DNA of 64,000 nt, taken from IMG/VR virus record IMGVR_UViG_3300035520_000529, positions 44,210 to 108,209 of that record; one strand, 5' to 3'. The position numbers were made by a program, and so were the translations under genes. Below, piece after piece: positions 29,676 to 41,157 of the stretch. This stretch comes from a virus (lineage: Duplodnaviria > Caudoviricetes). How positions within the stretch are numbered: the stretch's first letter is position 1; the number at the start of each line of letters is the position of its first letter. The notes under the pieces were generated by a model. The model did not search any database and had not been told where the DNA came from. It was given only the letters and a program-made list of their open reading frames with translations.

Positions 29676-32600
29676 CTGTAAATCATAGTGCCTAAAACTG
29701 CTTTTAAACCTATCTTTGAGAATAAGTTATCTAATTCTTGACCAACACTTTTACCAGTTTTGCCAAGTTTAGTAACTTCTGTTTTAATGCTTTCAAACCT
29801 ACTTTGTAAACCTAGTAGATTTTCTTTAGTCCTATCTATGCTATTTGCTTCACTAATAATACTATCTAACTGAGACTTAAATGAATAAGTCGAACTCATT
29901 GCTTTTCCGTTTTTTGCTTGAAATTGTGTAACATCAGCTATAAGTTTAGAGTATGCACTATCTATTTTATTTTGAGAAGTTGTAAAACTTACGCCACTTA
30001 ACGCACTAGCAGATTCACTCTTTAATTTTTCAAAGTTTTCAGTACAGATTATTATATTATTGGATAAGCTTTGTAGTTGTGCACTTTGAGATTCAAAAGT
30101 ATTTTCTCCATTTTTGATACCATTTAAAATAGTTGTAAATTCTACTGTATTTTTGTTTAGTTCTTGTTGCTCTTTATTTAAAGCTTCAATATAAGTTTTT
30201 CCAACGTAATTTTTATCACTGATGGTGGTGGTATCTTTAATAGTAGCATTTTTAGTATTCTCATTAATGCTTAATTTGTTAATTAAATTTGTAATAGTAT
30301 TGTTTGTTACTGTTGCACTATTAAGTTGTGATTCATATTTTTGTAAGGTTTTAAGTTGTGAATTTATTGACTCAAATTCTTTATTTAGTTCTTCATATCT
30401 AGTAATAGCTTTTTTGGGATTGGACTTGTCTATGTTATTTAAATTAGTTTGAATTTCTTTTAGATTATTTAATAATTGAAACTTTTCTAACGCACTAGAT
30501 TTTGTGCCTAATTTGGTAGTAATTTGATTATTTAATTCACTAATTTTATCCTCAATTTTAGGTATAGCATTACTTTTAGTGCTTAATTCAGTAACACTTT
30601 TTGATACATTATCTATATTAGATTTAAAGATAGCTAGATTTTCTGTATTAATATTAGTAGGATCGTTTACTAAAGTAGCATACGTTTCTTTTAAAGATTC
30701 AAGAGAAGTTTTTATCGTATTGATATTATTAGTTAATTCAGTACCTAAACCATTTCCACCCAAATTGTTAAATTTTTCTTCAATTGTGGTAAGATTGCCA
30801 CTTACCTTGTCTAATTCTTTTTTATATTTTTCAAGTTGGGTGATGTTTTGATTAATAGTATTATCGGTTATCTTGCCATAGTTTCTAGTATAATTTTCAT
30901 ATCCTTTTTGATAAGCCTTTTCTAACTTAGCAATGGTTTCATCACTAAAACCATACGTTTCAGCTATGTTAGTAGTCTTTTGACTATCATTCTGTAGTTT
31001 TGCTTGAATGTATTCTAGATATTTTTTACCAGTTTCATCGAGTAAAGCTGTTTGTTCTCTAATAATAGTATTTTCGGAATTTAATTCATTTTCAACAATC
31101 TTACTTGTAGCGGATGATTGAAGTTCTAATTTTGTTTTATTTGCAAGAGCAGTGGTGATTTTTGTTATAATGTTTAGTTGCTCTTTTAACACATTATTAT
31201 TATAATTATTATTATTATAACTATTAAGTGTTTTAGTGTTTTGATTAGCGTTGCTATCAATAGCATTGCCATAATTCCTTATAGAGGGTATGTTATAATA
31301 TTGTTGATACATTGAATTTAATTTGGCAATAGTTTTTTCGCTAAGTCCATACTTGTCAGCTATATTAGAACCATTTTCGCCATTCATTAAAGTTTTAATA
31401 TATTCTAAGTATATTTTACCATTTTTATTGAGCAAAGCAGTTTGTTCATCAATGACCTTATTTTCAGAAGCTAACCTTTCCTCAAATGTTTTGTCTGTGG
31501 TAGTCGATTGAAGAAGTTGCTTATTTCTATTAGAATAAGCTTTAGTGATTTCTTTAATATAACCTAATTGTGATTTAAGGTTCTCGCTATTGTTAAGTGA
31601 TTCTTTACTTTGCTTTGATTGAGCGATTTGTGTTGTTTTGATATTAACAGTTAAGCCTACTTTTTTTAAAGCTTCTTCAATTGCAGTTTTAAGGTTTTCA
31701 ATAGCACCTGTGGCTTCAAACGCACCTATTTTTATAGTTAAAGGATTGCTTTTATCGTTTAACTTGCCAACAACATTCTCGTTAATCTCTTTCTTAGTTA
31801 GAGGTTTGATTTGAACTGGTATCTTTAAATCAGAAACCTTTTTTTTAACTTCGTTAATTGCTTTAGTAGCACTAATAGACTTTAGATTAAGAGTAATTTT
31901 ATTGTTTAGTTTTTCGCTTATAAGAGTTTTTAATTCTTTAATGTTTTGGCTATTAACTTTCAAGTTTACTTCTAATGGTACATTAGTGCTTTTTAATTTT
32001 TCACGGAGTTCCTTTAAGGCTGAACCATACGTAAACTTGCTAACTCCAACTGAAACATTAACCTTATTTAGTTTAGTTTTTAATTTATCGTTTATGCTTG
32101 ATATACTATTAGATTTATTATCATATCCAAAACTTAAATTTACCTTTTGAGAATCAACGTATTTTTGTACTTGATTTAATGTATTTTGTAGCGTTTCTTC
32201 ATTAAACCCATTAAACTTTAGTTGAAAATCTAACTTGTTAAGTTCATCAACAATTTTAGAATAATCTATTGTAGCATTTATATTAGAACCATTTAAATTA
32301 ATATTAATCGGATTGCTTTGTATGTTTTCTCTAATTCTAGTTAGAGCTTCAGTGATTTGGGTCTCTATGTTTTGAACGTTAGTAGTAAGTTCGATTTTTG
32401 GAACAGCATTCTTAATAGTTTCAAGTTGTTTATTAAATGTTTCTGATGAGGAAAAATTATTTTCCAAAGATATTTTTATTTTTGTATTTTCTTGAATAGA
32501 TTTTAGTGCTTCATTTAATTCTTTAATTTGGTTTATAACAGTGTCATTTTCTATAGTAGTTTCACTTGTGGTTGTTTTGCCAACTTCCTCATTAACTTCA

Positions 32601-33721
32601 TTAATCTTTTTTTTTACATTTTTAATGTCATCGGAAATATTAAGTTTTAAAGTGTATCCCTTAGTATTTTTGCTCCATTTACTTAAGGTTTCATCCGCTT
32701 CCTTAATTACTGTTAAAACATCTTTTAAATCACTAGCATCTACTTCTATCTTATACTTTAGATTACCCTCTTTAATTCTTTTTAAACTTTCACTATATGC
32801 TATGTCTGGGTTAAAATTATTAGTTAAAGAGTTAGATACAGTATCATAGTCTAATTTTACCATTTTAGTTTGTAATTCAGAAACCATTTTGGTATATTGA
32901 GACAATATTTCCTTTTTAAAGTCAGTAAAACTATTACCATACTGATTTTTTGCTTTATTCAAAAAATCATTTATCTCTGCAGAATTGTCAAACATAGTAC
33001 CCATCCACGTTTTAAATCCGCTAAAATTAGATTTAGTACCATTTTGGTATTGGTATTTTTCGATATTTTGTAATATTAGAGCTAACGCATTGGCTCGGTC
33101 TAATATCTCTTCCTGTGAGACGCTTTCCGCATTTTTGACTTCTTCTCCTGCTTTTAGAATTTTCTCACTTATACCATCACCATACAATTGGATAGCTTTT
33201 TCAACACTAGTTTTATCTTGACTAAACTCCTCAACTAGTGCTGATGAACTTAATTTAGTCCTATCTGAAAGAGTTTCTAGAGAGGTAATTAAACCATTTA
33301 TCGAAGAACTGTCGAGACTTAATTCCTTGAGCTTTGTTTTATTCAAATCACTTACATCAAATAATTTTGAGAATTTTTGTTCCTCTTTTTGAGTAAAATA
33401 CATATATTCAAAATTACTTGCTTGTTCTAATAGTTTTAACGCTTCTATCAATTCCAATATTTTTTTAGTAGAAGCATCAGTATCAATTTCTGGAATTTTC
33501 AAACTATCTAAATCATCGTTTACCTTATTTTTTAATTTGTCTATTACACTTTTGAATTTAGCAGTAGCGTTTGCAAGTTCATCAGCGTTCATATTAGGCT
33601 TAAATGTAATATCATATTTTCTTTTTGTTATGTTTATGGCATTTTCAACAATTTGATTCAAGTCTTCTTGATTAAGACCAGCACCAAATTTAATCATTGC
33701 TCCATTAGTTGATTCTGACAT
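29676..33721 (-). CDS. Tape measure protein, exon 1
   Basis: Long helical protein after the tail chaperone genes; joins exon 2 in frame. Confidence 0.82.
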
Positions 33722-33746
33722 TTACAACAATCACCTCTTAATAATA

Positions 33747-34343
33747 TTATTTTATTGTCATTCCACTGAGTTTTTTTATTTCATCAAAACAGAGATTTTG
33801 TAATTGATACCCTAAGGTTAATCTAGTGTCAGATAATTCGTCTTCTATTGTTTGTTTTATACCTTTTTCCTTTTTATTATCCATAAAAGCTCTAGGTTTA
33901 TTCCATGGGTATTGCACTAGACCATATCCGTGTTCAATCATTGAAGACAGAAAAGCAGTTTTATAAAACCCATTGTGTTCTGTATCCTTAAAAGGATTCA
34001 TAAATGGTAAGTACTTAATAGGATTAGGTCTAGTAATGTTATGAAACTGTAATATGCAATTTACAGTAAAATTTTGATGGTTAAGCTCATAAGTAGGAGT
34101 ATCAAAAGTAATATTTTTAGGGTCGCTCAATCCACCATTATTTTTTCGCCTAATATAAAACATAGGATTATATTTGCGATATACTAATCGATTTACAGTT
34201 TTTGTATTTACTTGCTTCAATCTTTTTTTTACAAGACGAACAGTTTTTTTTACACCTTTTTGTATACTTCGAGTAATTTCTTTTTCAGCGTTACTTACTT
34301 GTCTTTCTATGCTTTCGGGCATATAATCACTTCTCTTTAACAA
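33747..34343 (-). CDS. Tail completion/HK97 gp10-like protein
   Basis: VYRKYNPMFYIRR...GGLSD and KPRAFM motifs; position. Confidence 0.5.
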   Translation of the reverse strand: MLKRSDYMPESIERQVSNAEKEITRSIQKGVKKTVRLVKKRLKQVNTKTVNRLVYRKYNPMFYIRRKNNGGLSDPKNITFDTPTYELNHQNFTVNCILQFHNITRPNPIKYLPFMNPFKDTEHNGFYKTAFLSSMIEHGYGLVQYPWNKPRAFMDNKKEKGIKQTIEDELSDTRLTLGYQLQNLCFDEIKKLSGMTIK

Positions 34344-34845
34344 TGTTATCGACTTGGTCTTGAGGGGTTTCTTCTTTATAAGTATTTAATAGTTCACTAG
34401 CCACATTTTTAATATCATTTGCGTTCTCAGAGATGTAAGATATTAATTCTTCTATAATGTCATTTAACTTATTCTTATGGTTAATTCTGTCTTGTTCATA
34501 TTTAATACAATCTTCTAAGTTTTGTAAAATAAAGTATAATTTATTATCATTTTGCTCGTTTAGAAGTTCTAAAACTTCTTCCAAATTACTATATAAACAC
34601 ATTAAATATAGTTCATCTTCTGTAAACTCCTCTGTTGGAAAGTTACTACAATGCTTTAATAATGTCATATATGGACTAATATCCACCATATAAGGTATTA
34701 TCTTTTCGCCATCGAAACATCTATTAATAGTTTCTTCGCACATGATTTTAAAATCTTCAACTGAAACAGCATCAGTAAAAGAAACTTGCCTAAAGTCATA
34801 AATATATTCTACAAATTGGTTTTGAGTATTCTTTTCGTTTTCCAT
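34327..34845 (-). CDS. Hypothetical protein (possible tail assembly chaperone)
   Basis: Acidic helical ORF with RBS in the tail cluster. Confidence 0.45.
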   Translation of the reverse strand: MENEKNTQNQFVEYIYDFRQVSFTDAVSVEDFKIMCEETINRCFDGEKIIPYMVDISPYMTLLKHCSNFPTEEFTEDELYLMCLYSNLEEVLELLNEQNDNKLYFILQNLEDCIKYEQDRINHKNKLNDIIEELISYISENANDIKNVASELLNTYKEETPQDQVDNIVKEK

Positions 34846-34900
34846 ATTTTTTCTCCTATCATTGTATTATAGTTACATATTTTAGAAAGAATCACTAACA

Positions 34901-35341
34901 TTATTTTACTTTCTTTCTAAGTTGTCTAAGCTTTTTAAGAGTTTCGTATTCTATCCAACCACCATCACACTTTGAATAGGTTATCCAAACGTAATCAATA
35001 TCGGGATATTTATACCAAAAGAGTTTCCTTTTAAGTTTAGCTACGTTATCGGGCATGCCTTTGATGTCAATAACTTTTGATGTACCATCGCTATATTCAA
35101 CGTAAAAGTCGGCTATATAGGTAATAGCTTTAACAGTTTTGTTGTTCTTGTGAAATTTTGGTTGCAGTTCATAAGACTTTTGCAATTCATAGTGTGTAAT
35201 GTCACCATTTTCTACACTAGGTAAAATCACATCACGATAGTATTTCATTTCTAAAACACTATCAAACACAATTCCATTGTAACTCCTTTTGGATTTGTCT
35301 TTATCCACATTGAACTTACTTCTATTAATACGAGTTTTCAT
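34901..35341 (-). CDS. DUF1064-family PD-(D/E)xK-like protein
   Basis: GIVFDSVLE..YY, LQ..YELQP, YIADF, VIDIKG, KLKRKLF. Confidence 0.8.
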   Translation of the reverse strand: MKTRINRSKFNVDKDKSKRSYNGIVFDSVLEMKYYRDVILPSVENGDITHYELQKSYELQPKFHKNNKTVKAITYIADFYVEYSDGTSKVIDIKGMPDNVAKLKRKLFWYKYPDIDYVWITYSKCDGGWIEYETLKKLRQLRKKVK

Positions 35342-35354
35342 AACAATACCACCT

Positions 35355-35397
35355 TAAAAAATAGTTAAGCCACACAAAAATTATGTATGGCTTAACC
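35355..35397 (-). terminator. Intrinsic terminator
   Basis: GTTAAGCCATACA...TGTGTGGCTTAAC hairpin followed by TATTTTTT on the minus strand. Confidence 0.7.
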
Positions 35398-35408
35398 CAT
35401 TAAAGCTT

Positions 35409-35786
35409 CTATTTAGACTTTTTTCTTGAGGATTTCTTTGTGGTTGTAATATCTTCATTAACTGCATCGACTATTTCACTAAGTGTTTTGTCGGGATTTT
35501 CCTCAATATAGTCTTTTAAATCTTCTTTAGTTTGTTCTAACGCTTCTTCTGGTGTCATGGATTGAATCTCTTGGATTTCCGCTTGACTTAAAAGAGTCTT
35601 AGCTTTTTCTTTTTGTTCAATCTCTCTAAGGTCTAGTATTTCTTTAGTATACTTAATATGACATTCCTCAGAACAACAAAAACTTCTCCATGTTTGAGTT
35701 CTTAGACAGTATTTACAAGCATAATACTTTTTGCCACAGCACCTACAGATGACGTTAGGTTTCTTTACTATTGCCATACGCAACAA
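35409..35786 (-). CDS. Cys-rich (Zn-finger-like) hypothetical protein
   Basis: CRCCG..YYAC..C...WRSFCCSEEC. Confidence 0.6.
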   Translation of the reverse strand: MLRMAIVKKPNVICRCCGKKYYACKYCLRTQTWRSFCCSEECHIKYTKEILDLREIEQKEKAKTLLSQAEIQEIQSMTPEEALEQTKEDLKDYIEENPDKTLSEIVDAVNEDITTTKKSSRKKSK

Positions 35787-35807
35787 CCTGCTTTCTCAAA
35801 GTTAATA

Positions 35808-36653
35808 TTAGTCCTCACATACAATGAAATCCCACAACTTGTTTGAAGCGGTAGTGCTACAAGTATCTATTAGGTTATTAATAGTAAAGTCTTGCATTAC
35901 TTGGTCACCAGATACGTCTATATCGAAACTACCAGAGAATTGACCTCTTGGCATATGTATATAACACTTGTAAACCTTATCGCAAGTATCAGTAGCAGTT
36001 AATTCAATCCATACATCTAGAGTCTTACCAAATATGTCAGCATAGTTAGTAATAGTAGTTGCATTAGTTTCATAATCATAAGATACTACTACAATAGTTC
36101 CATCCTCAACAGAGTACAATGCATCATCTTCGTTGCCATAAGTACTCTTAGATGGTAATGTTATCGTGTTATCAGTTTTATTATAATAGAATGTTGGTGA
36201 ACCACCACTAGGAGTTGATTCACTAGATTGAGTATACTTCTGTTGAGAAACTATGTCACCATTAGCACTTCTAACGAATATTGTACCAATTTCGTTACCT
36301 GTTGTACCTACTGGAGTATGTGTCAATTTACCAACACCACTAGTAATTTCAATAACATCTAGATGACGAACGATAGTAGTGGCACTACTAACTGGATCAG
36401 AACCTACTTGTGCAGATAATAAAGAACCAGACCATACTGCGTTATCACCAGTAACTTCTACTGCTTTATTTTTCTTAATTTTCTTTAAAATTGCTCCATC
36501 TTTACCAGTTACATCAGTTTCATCCTCAGTGTTGGATATGTTTATGTTATCTAATTGGTCTAGATATACTGATAAGTCACCACTGCTTCTATCATATGCA
36601 TAAATACATTCAGCAGAGGTGATTATCATATTATTAATTGAAATATTTTCCAT
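35808..36653 (-). CDS. Major tail (tube) protein
   Basis: Size, beta-rich composition, DVTGKDG motif, position after neck genes. Confidence 0.65.
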   Translation of the reverse strand: MENISINNMIITSAECIYAYDRSSGDLSVYLDQLDNINISNTEDETDVTGKDGAILKKIKKNKAVEVTGDNAVWSGSLLSAQVGSDPVSSATTIVRHLDVIEITSGVGKLTHTPVGTTGNEIGTIFVRSANGDIVSQQKYTQSSESTPSGGSPTFYYNKTDNTITLPSKSTYGNEDDALYSVEDGTIVVVSYDYETNATTITNYADIFGKTLDVWIELTATDTCDKVYKCYIHMPRGQFSGSFDIDVSGDQVMQDFTINNLIDTCSTTASNKLWDFIVCED

Positions 36654-36677
36654 TAAGAAATCTTCCTTTCATATTTC

Positions 36678-37484
36678 TTACTTTTTAATTTGTTGTTTTC
36701 GTGCAACTGTAGAGTAGTCTATAGTAAACCAATCTAAGTTGCGTTCTTTTATTTTAGAACTATCCACACAACCACTATATATGCCATGATATAAGTTATC
36801 CACTTGATACTTCTTCACAATTTGTCTAACACTGGCATTAAAATCATATATGGTTAAATCGTAGACAGTTTCAAAATCGTATTTAAAGTTTGAGTTGTTA
36901 ACCATTGCTAAGATTAAGCTATCTAGATGAGATGTGCTTTTCTTCTTTTTGTTAAACTTTGCTTTTGTTAATGCTCTTTCTATAATGTAATTTTTAGCAG
37001 TTTCATTACCTGGAATGATACGTCTCTTTTTTGTGTACATATGCATAGTACAAAATACACTAGAAAGCCACTTGTATTTAAACTCGTCTATGACTACATC
37101 GTCAATAGAGTTGTATAATACTATTTGACCATTGTTCTTATTTTCTGATATTTCAAAATCTGCAAAGTTAAAAGTTTTAAACATTAATGGAGAAACTTTC
37201 CTAATGATTTCCTTGTCTGTGATACTATACAGCAAAAGAAACAGTTGATAGTCAGTATATGTAGTAAAGTCTATGTTCATTTCATGTAGGGGTGCTATAC
37301 AGTCACTAGGAGTAGTAAAGAATAACTGTAGTACACTATAATACTCATTTTCATCATTATCTTTACCCGTTTCAAAATCAGTTCCTCTAATCTCTCGCAA
37401 TGTAGGTATTACCACAGTTATCTTCTCATCCAATTGATATTGTCTCTTGTTTAATAGACTAATTTCCATATTTGTATTCTCCAA
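36678..37484 (-). CDS. Tail assembly-associated protein
   Basis: Position; YDLTIYDFN...YHGIYSG C-terminal pattern. Confidence 0.5.
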   Translation of the reverse strand: MENTNMEISLLNKRQYQLDEKITVVIPTLREIRGTDFETGKDNDENEYYSVLQLFFTTPSDCIAPLHEMNIDFTTYTDYQLFLLLYSITDKEIIRKVSPLMFKTFNFADFEISENKNNGQIVLYNSIDDVVIDEFKYKWLSSVFCTMHMYTKKRRIIPGNETAKNYIIERALTKAKFNKKKKSTSHLDSLILAMVNNSNFKYDFETVYDLTIYDFNASVRQIVKKYQVDNLYHGIYSGCVDSSKIKERNLDWFTIDYSTVARKQQIKK

Positions 37485-37534
37485 ATACTTTTACGCAAAA
37501 TTGAGTAAAAGTGCAAACTACTCTTTAAGGTAAT

Positions 37535-38017
37535 CTATGTCTTTGTTTCATAGCACTCTACAGCTAAATCTTCTGCATAGAACGTCATTACTCGACAAGC
37601 GTTTTTGTCATTTACGTTACCTGCAACATTGCTAATGAGTTCTAATTTTTTTAGTCCTACTATTCTTTTATTGTTAAACATATCATCTATTAGAGCAGAA
37701 ATTAAGTCGATTCTAGTACCGCCACGATGAGTTCTCATTAAGTTTACATGAGATATTATGTATATGGTTATTACCAACTTACCATAAACGTTATTTTGTT
37801 CGCTATAGATTTCGGGAATATCTACTTCTAAACAGATATAGTTCTTTTCATCCTCTGGAGAGTCTGGAACTCGAATAAAGTTAAAAAAATTATCATACAT
37901 ATAATCATCGGGATGGTTTATCTTATCTTTATCTACCAACGCTAATATTTGCTTATTGGCTATGATTTTAGCCATTAACTTTTCTTTATACTCTGCTATT
38001 GCCCTTGATTTACTCAT
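37535..38017 (-). CDS. Tail terminator-like protein
   Basis: RIDLISALIDDMFN motif, position. Confidence 0.5.
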   Translation of the reverse strand: MSKSRAIAEYKEKLMAKIIANKQILALVDKDKINHPDDYMYDNFFNFIRVPDSPEDEKNYICLEVDIPEIYSEQNNVYGKLVITIYIISHVNLMRTHRGGTRIDLISALIDDMFNNKRIVGLKKLELISNVAGNVNDKNACRVMTFYAEDLAVECYETKT

Positions 38018-39062
38018 ATAGACTCACCACCTTAACGTATAGTTCTGACTTGTATTCACCAAACTCATTAGTTAATACTAGTTTGAATTGCGTACCTATA
38101 AGACTTTCATTAAACTCTACTCTAATTTTGATAGTGTTGCCGTCTATAGCATAATCGAAATATTTTTCTTCACTCTCTAATGTTATTAAGTTCCATTGAA
38201 CAGATTGATTTAATTCGTTATTGTTTTCGTCAACAATTTTACCAGTAAACTCTTTATATGAGCCACCACACTTTAAAATAGGTTTTCCCTCACAATTTAT
38301 TTCACTGTGTATCTCATTACTAGAATAGAATGGGTTATCCTTACCTAAGTTTTCATCATAATCAGCAATCATCAAATCGAAGTTATCTCTATCATCGTTT
38401 CGCTGAGTTTGTGTAAACATGAATATTATTAGGTGGTCTTTAGTATTAAGTTCTCCATCTTCATCAACGTCTTTGGTGTTAAAGTTGTAATTCATTACAT
38501 TTCTGTTAGTTACTATATATGCATCGGGATTGAAGCTATCTATATCGATTAAAAATCGCCTATCTCTGCGAATTTTAATAGTCTCGCTATCTAATGGAAA
38601 GTATCCCTTGTAACGCTGTTCTAGTTGATACATAACATCTCCAGATGTTTTTAGACCTACCGCTTGTTTAGTGCTATCCGATAAGTAACCATATCTACCT
38701 ATGATTTCGCCTTTTTCATTTTGCCATTTTAGGTATACGTTACATCGATACATCATTCCACGTTGGTATATAACGTCCTCACAATCATTGTCATAGACTA
38801 TCCAATGCTCATCGTTCCACTCTACTATAGACCCTATATTAATAGACTCATTAGGCATTGAAGTTATCTTTTTGGTATCTAATTCTGTGGATGAGGATAT
38901 TATTGCCACAAACTGAGGTTTTCCGTCTACCAAAACCTTTTTGTAGGCTGGTGAATGTTGTACCATTTTGGATATGTCTCTCTTAGTTCTCTTAATAGTT
39001 CTATCTCTTTGAGTCTCTCCATCGCAATGCAGTAGACTCGAATATATGTCCCATTGAACCAT
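38010..39062 (-). CDS. Head closure/neck protein
   Basis: IGSIVEW...WIV...MYRCN..LKW pattern, position. Confidence 0.55.
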   Translation of the reverse strand: MVQWDIYSSLLHCDGETQRDRTIKRTKRDISKMVQHSPAYKKVLVDGKPQFVAIISSSTELDTKKITSMPNESINIGSIVEWNDEHWIVYDNDCEDVIYQRGMMYRCNVYLKWQNEKGEIIGRYGYLSDSTKQAVGLKTSGDVMYQLEQRYKGYFPLDSETIKIRRDRRFLIDIDSFNPDAYIVTNRNVMNYNFNTKDVDEDGELNTKDHLIIFMFTQTQRNDDRDNFDLMIADYDENLGKDNPFYSSNEIHSEINCEGKPILKCGGSYKEFTGKIVDENNNELNQSVQWNLITLESEEKYFDYAIDGNTIKIRVEFNESLIGTQFKLVLTNEFGEYKSELYVKVVSLYE

Positions 39063-39517
39063 TATAGATACACCACCTTATGTCCTTTAGTCTTTTCGGA
39101 TAGGTTAGTATACTTAAAGGTGTATTCGTTAACTCGTAAGCGAATGTTTTTCCTAGCAGTATCGTATACTGCTTGAATCTTTTCTATTAAATTAGCGGTT
39201 GAGTACTCGGTAAAGTCTCTAGTATTAAGTCTATTCTGTAATAACTCATCATCATGTATGATAGGGTTTAGCCACTCTACCACCATAGCTTCTGCTAAGA
39301 GGTCTATCTCAATACTTCCTAAAGTATCCTTGAAAGATTGATTTTCCTCATCTACATCAGTGACATCTACTTTTAGCTCGGTTTGGTATTCAGCACAAGC
39401 AGAGTCTAGATAGTTTCTAAGGATATAATCTCTATTGTCTTCGGGAATTTCCATTATTTTATAAGTGGATACCTTAAACAAAAACTTATTATATACACTA
39501 GAAAAAGGAGTTGACAT
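39062..39517 (-). CDS. Head-tail adaptor protein
   Basis: TPFSSVYNKFL, LAEAMVVEWL; position. Confidence 0.55.
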   Translation of the reverse strand: MSTPFSSVYNKFLFKVSTYKIMEIPEDNRDYILRNYLDSACAEYQTELKVDVTDVDEENQSFKDTLGSIEIDLLAEAMVVEWLNPIIHDDELLQNRLNTRDFTEYSTANLIEKIQAVYDTARKNIRLRVNEYTFKYTNLSEKTKGHKVVYL

Positions 39518-39532
39518 ATTATCAACTCCTTT

Positions 39533-40090
39533 CTAATTTTCAATAAGTTCGTAACCTAGAACTTCCTCTAACGCCTTAATCTTTTTAACTGAGTCTAGTG
39601 TACCATCTTCAATTAACTTAATGGCTCTTATGCCTACAGATTGCTTCATAGAACGTGATAACTTACTTACCTTGTCTTTTAGCTCTTGCTCATCTAGTTC
39701 AAAGATAGAGTCAAACTCATCAACGGGTATAAAGTCTTTATAAAACTTTTCTACTCCTAAGGCTCTTTGCACGATAGGGTTTACTTCTATCCAATTTTCA
39801 GAGAATACTTTAGGATACCTCTTTTTAATCTTTATGAGGTCTCCCATCTCCATTTCAATAGTATCTCCAAAGTTTTCTAACTCATTAGCATAACCATCAT
39901 TATCTACTAAGACTAATAAACCTTGCGTTGCATTGGTAACTTTTACTAGTTCATCTGTTGGAATTTTAGTTCTAGTCCTAACCTTTGCAGACTCCTCTTG
40001 TACAGAAACTTCCGAAGTTGTTTTAGTAACAACCTCGGAAACTGTAGTAGTATTGTCAGTAGTGTTAGAAGTTTTCTTCTTTACAGCCAT
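39533..40090 (-). CDS. Head-associated hypothetical protein
   Basis: Follows capsid gene; GGAGGTG RBS precedes internal Met (MAVKKK). Confidence 0.55.
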   Translation of the reverse strand: MAVKKKTSNTTDNTTTVSEVVTKTTSEVSVQEESAKVRTRTKIPTDELVKVTNATQGLLVLVDNDGYANELENFGDTIEMEMGDLIKIKKRYPKVFSENWIEVNPIVQRALGVEKFYKDFIPVDEFDSIFELDEQELKDKVSKLSRSMKQSVGIRAIKLIEDGTLDSVKKIKALEEVLGYELIEN

Positions 40091-40107
40091 AATTTTCACC
40101 TCCAACA

Positions 40108-41136
40108 CTAAGCAATCTTATAAACACCATTCTTCTTACCAGCTAGTACTACACCACAACCAAACTTTTCCAAAGTGATAAAGTCTTGTGATAAGTCCGC
40201 ATTCTTATTTAATTCGGAGGTAAATACGTATGGATTGCCCTCAGTTACAAACTTAACGGGCTTCTCACCAGAGGTGCTTATTACATAGATAGTATCATCT
40301 GGAAGATAGAAATCCACGTTATTCCTTTGTAGTGCGTTTGGTATATAGATACAATTATATCCAAAGAACTTTCCGTAGTAACCCATTTCATATAGGTCTT
40401 CTTTAGCCTTTTCTGCAAGTAGAGTAGTATCTATCTTGATATTTCTTAAAGCTTTCTTAGTACCTAGAATGGTTGGTGCAGTGAAGTTCTTAGCTTCAAC
40501 TCTCATACATAGGTCTAGTAGAGTCTCCTCAGAATAACCAGTTGATGATACTTCAAAGATATTGGTAGGATTGGAAGCAGTAATTCCTAAAAATGATGTT
40601 AATACTAACTCAATCTTCTTTCTAGCAAATGACTTACTAGTCTTATTGATAAATTCATCTATATTAGTTCTACCAGATAGTACTCTAATTAGTTCATCGT
40701 AAAACTTAACTTCATAGGTGTTGGTTTGAACCTCAAAATTCTTACCACCAGATAATCTTTGTCTAATAGCACCAGCAGTACCATCAGCTATTCTGCTAAC
40801 GTAGAAGTCGGAATCGTCTGGAATGTAGAAAGAGTTCTTGTCGCCTAAAGCAATGTTTTTGTACTCTACTATCTCGTTCCATAGTGGTAAGTCTAGTAGG
40901 TGGTCATCTTCTGTAATGGAAATGATGTCCTCAATGATTGAAAATAAACCATTGCACTTATTATCACGAATGTCTCGTAAATCAAAACTAGTTTTACCAT
41001 TGTTTGCTTCTATTAAAGCCTTGTGTAATGCAGTTAGAGTCTCATCCTTGGAATAGGTTGTTGAAACAACGTTGTTTCTTGAAACGTCTACCGCCATGGA
41101 TACTAAAGCGTTTCTGTCATTAAATTCTAAACTCAT
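40108..41136 (-). CDS. Major capsid protein
   Basis: 342 aa, in portal-protease-decoration-capsid order; ILGTKKAL, GYYGKFFG motifs. Confidence 0.78.
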   Translation of the reverse strand: MSLEFNDRNALVSMAVDVSRNNVVSTTYSKDETLTALHKALIEANNGKTSFDLRDIRDNKCNGLFSIIEDIISITEDDHLLDLPLWNEIVEYKNIALGDKNSFYIPDDSDFYVSRIADGTAGAIRQRLSGGKNFEVQTNTYEVKFYDELIRVLSGRTNIDEFINKTSKSFARKKIELVLTSFLGITASNPTNIFEVSSTGYSEETLLDLCMRVEAKNFTAPTILGTKKALRNIKIDTTLLAEKAKEDLYEMGYYGKFFGYNCIYIPNALQRNNVDFYLPDDTIYVISTSGEKPVKFVTEGNPYVFTSELNKNADLSQDFITLEKFGCGVVLAGKKNGVYKIA

Positions 41137-41157
41137 ATTAAATCACTTCCTTATAAA

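Noticed and set aside
18549-33721. Treating the three TMP ORFs as separate genes or as an IS-disrupted pseudogene
   Set aside because: Both interruptions have group I cores and precise frame-restoring junctions
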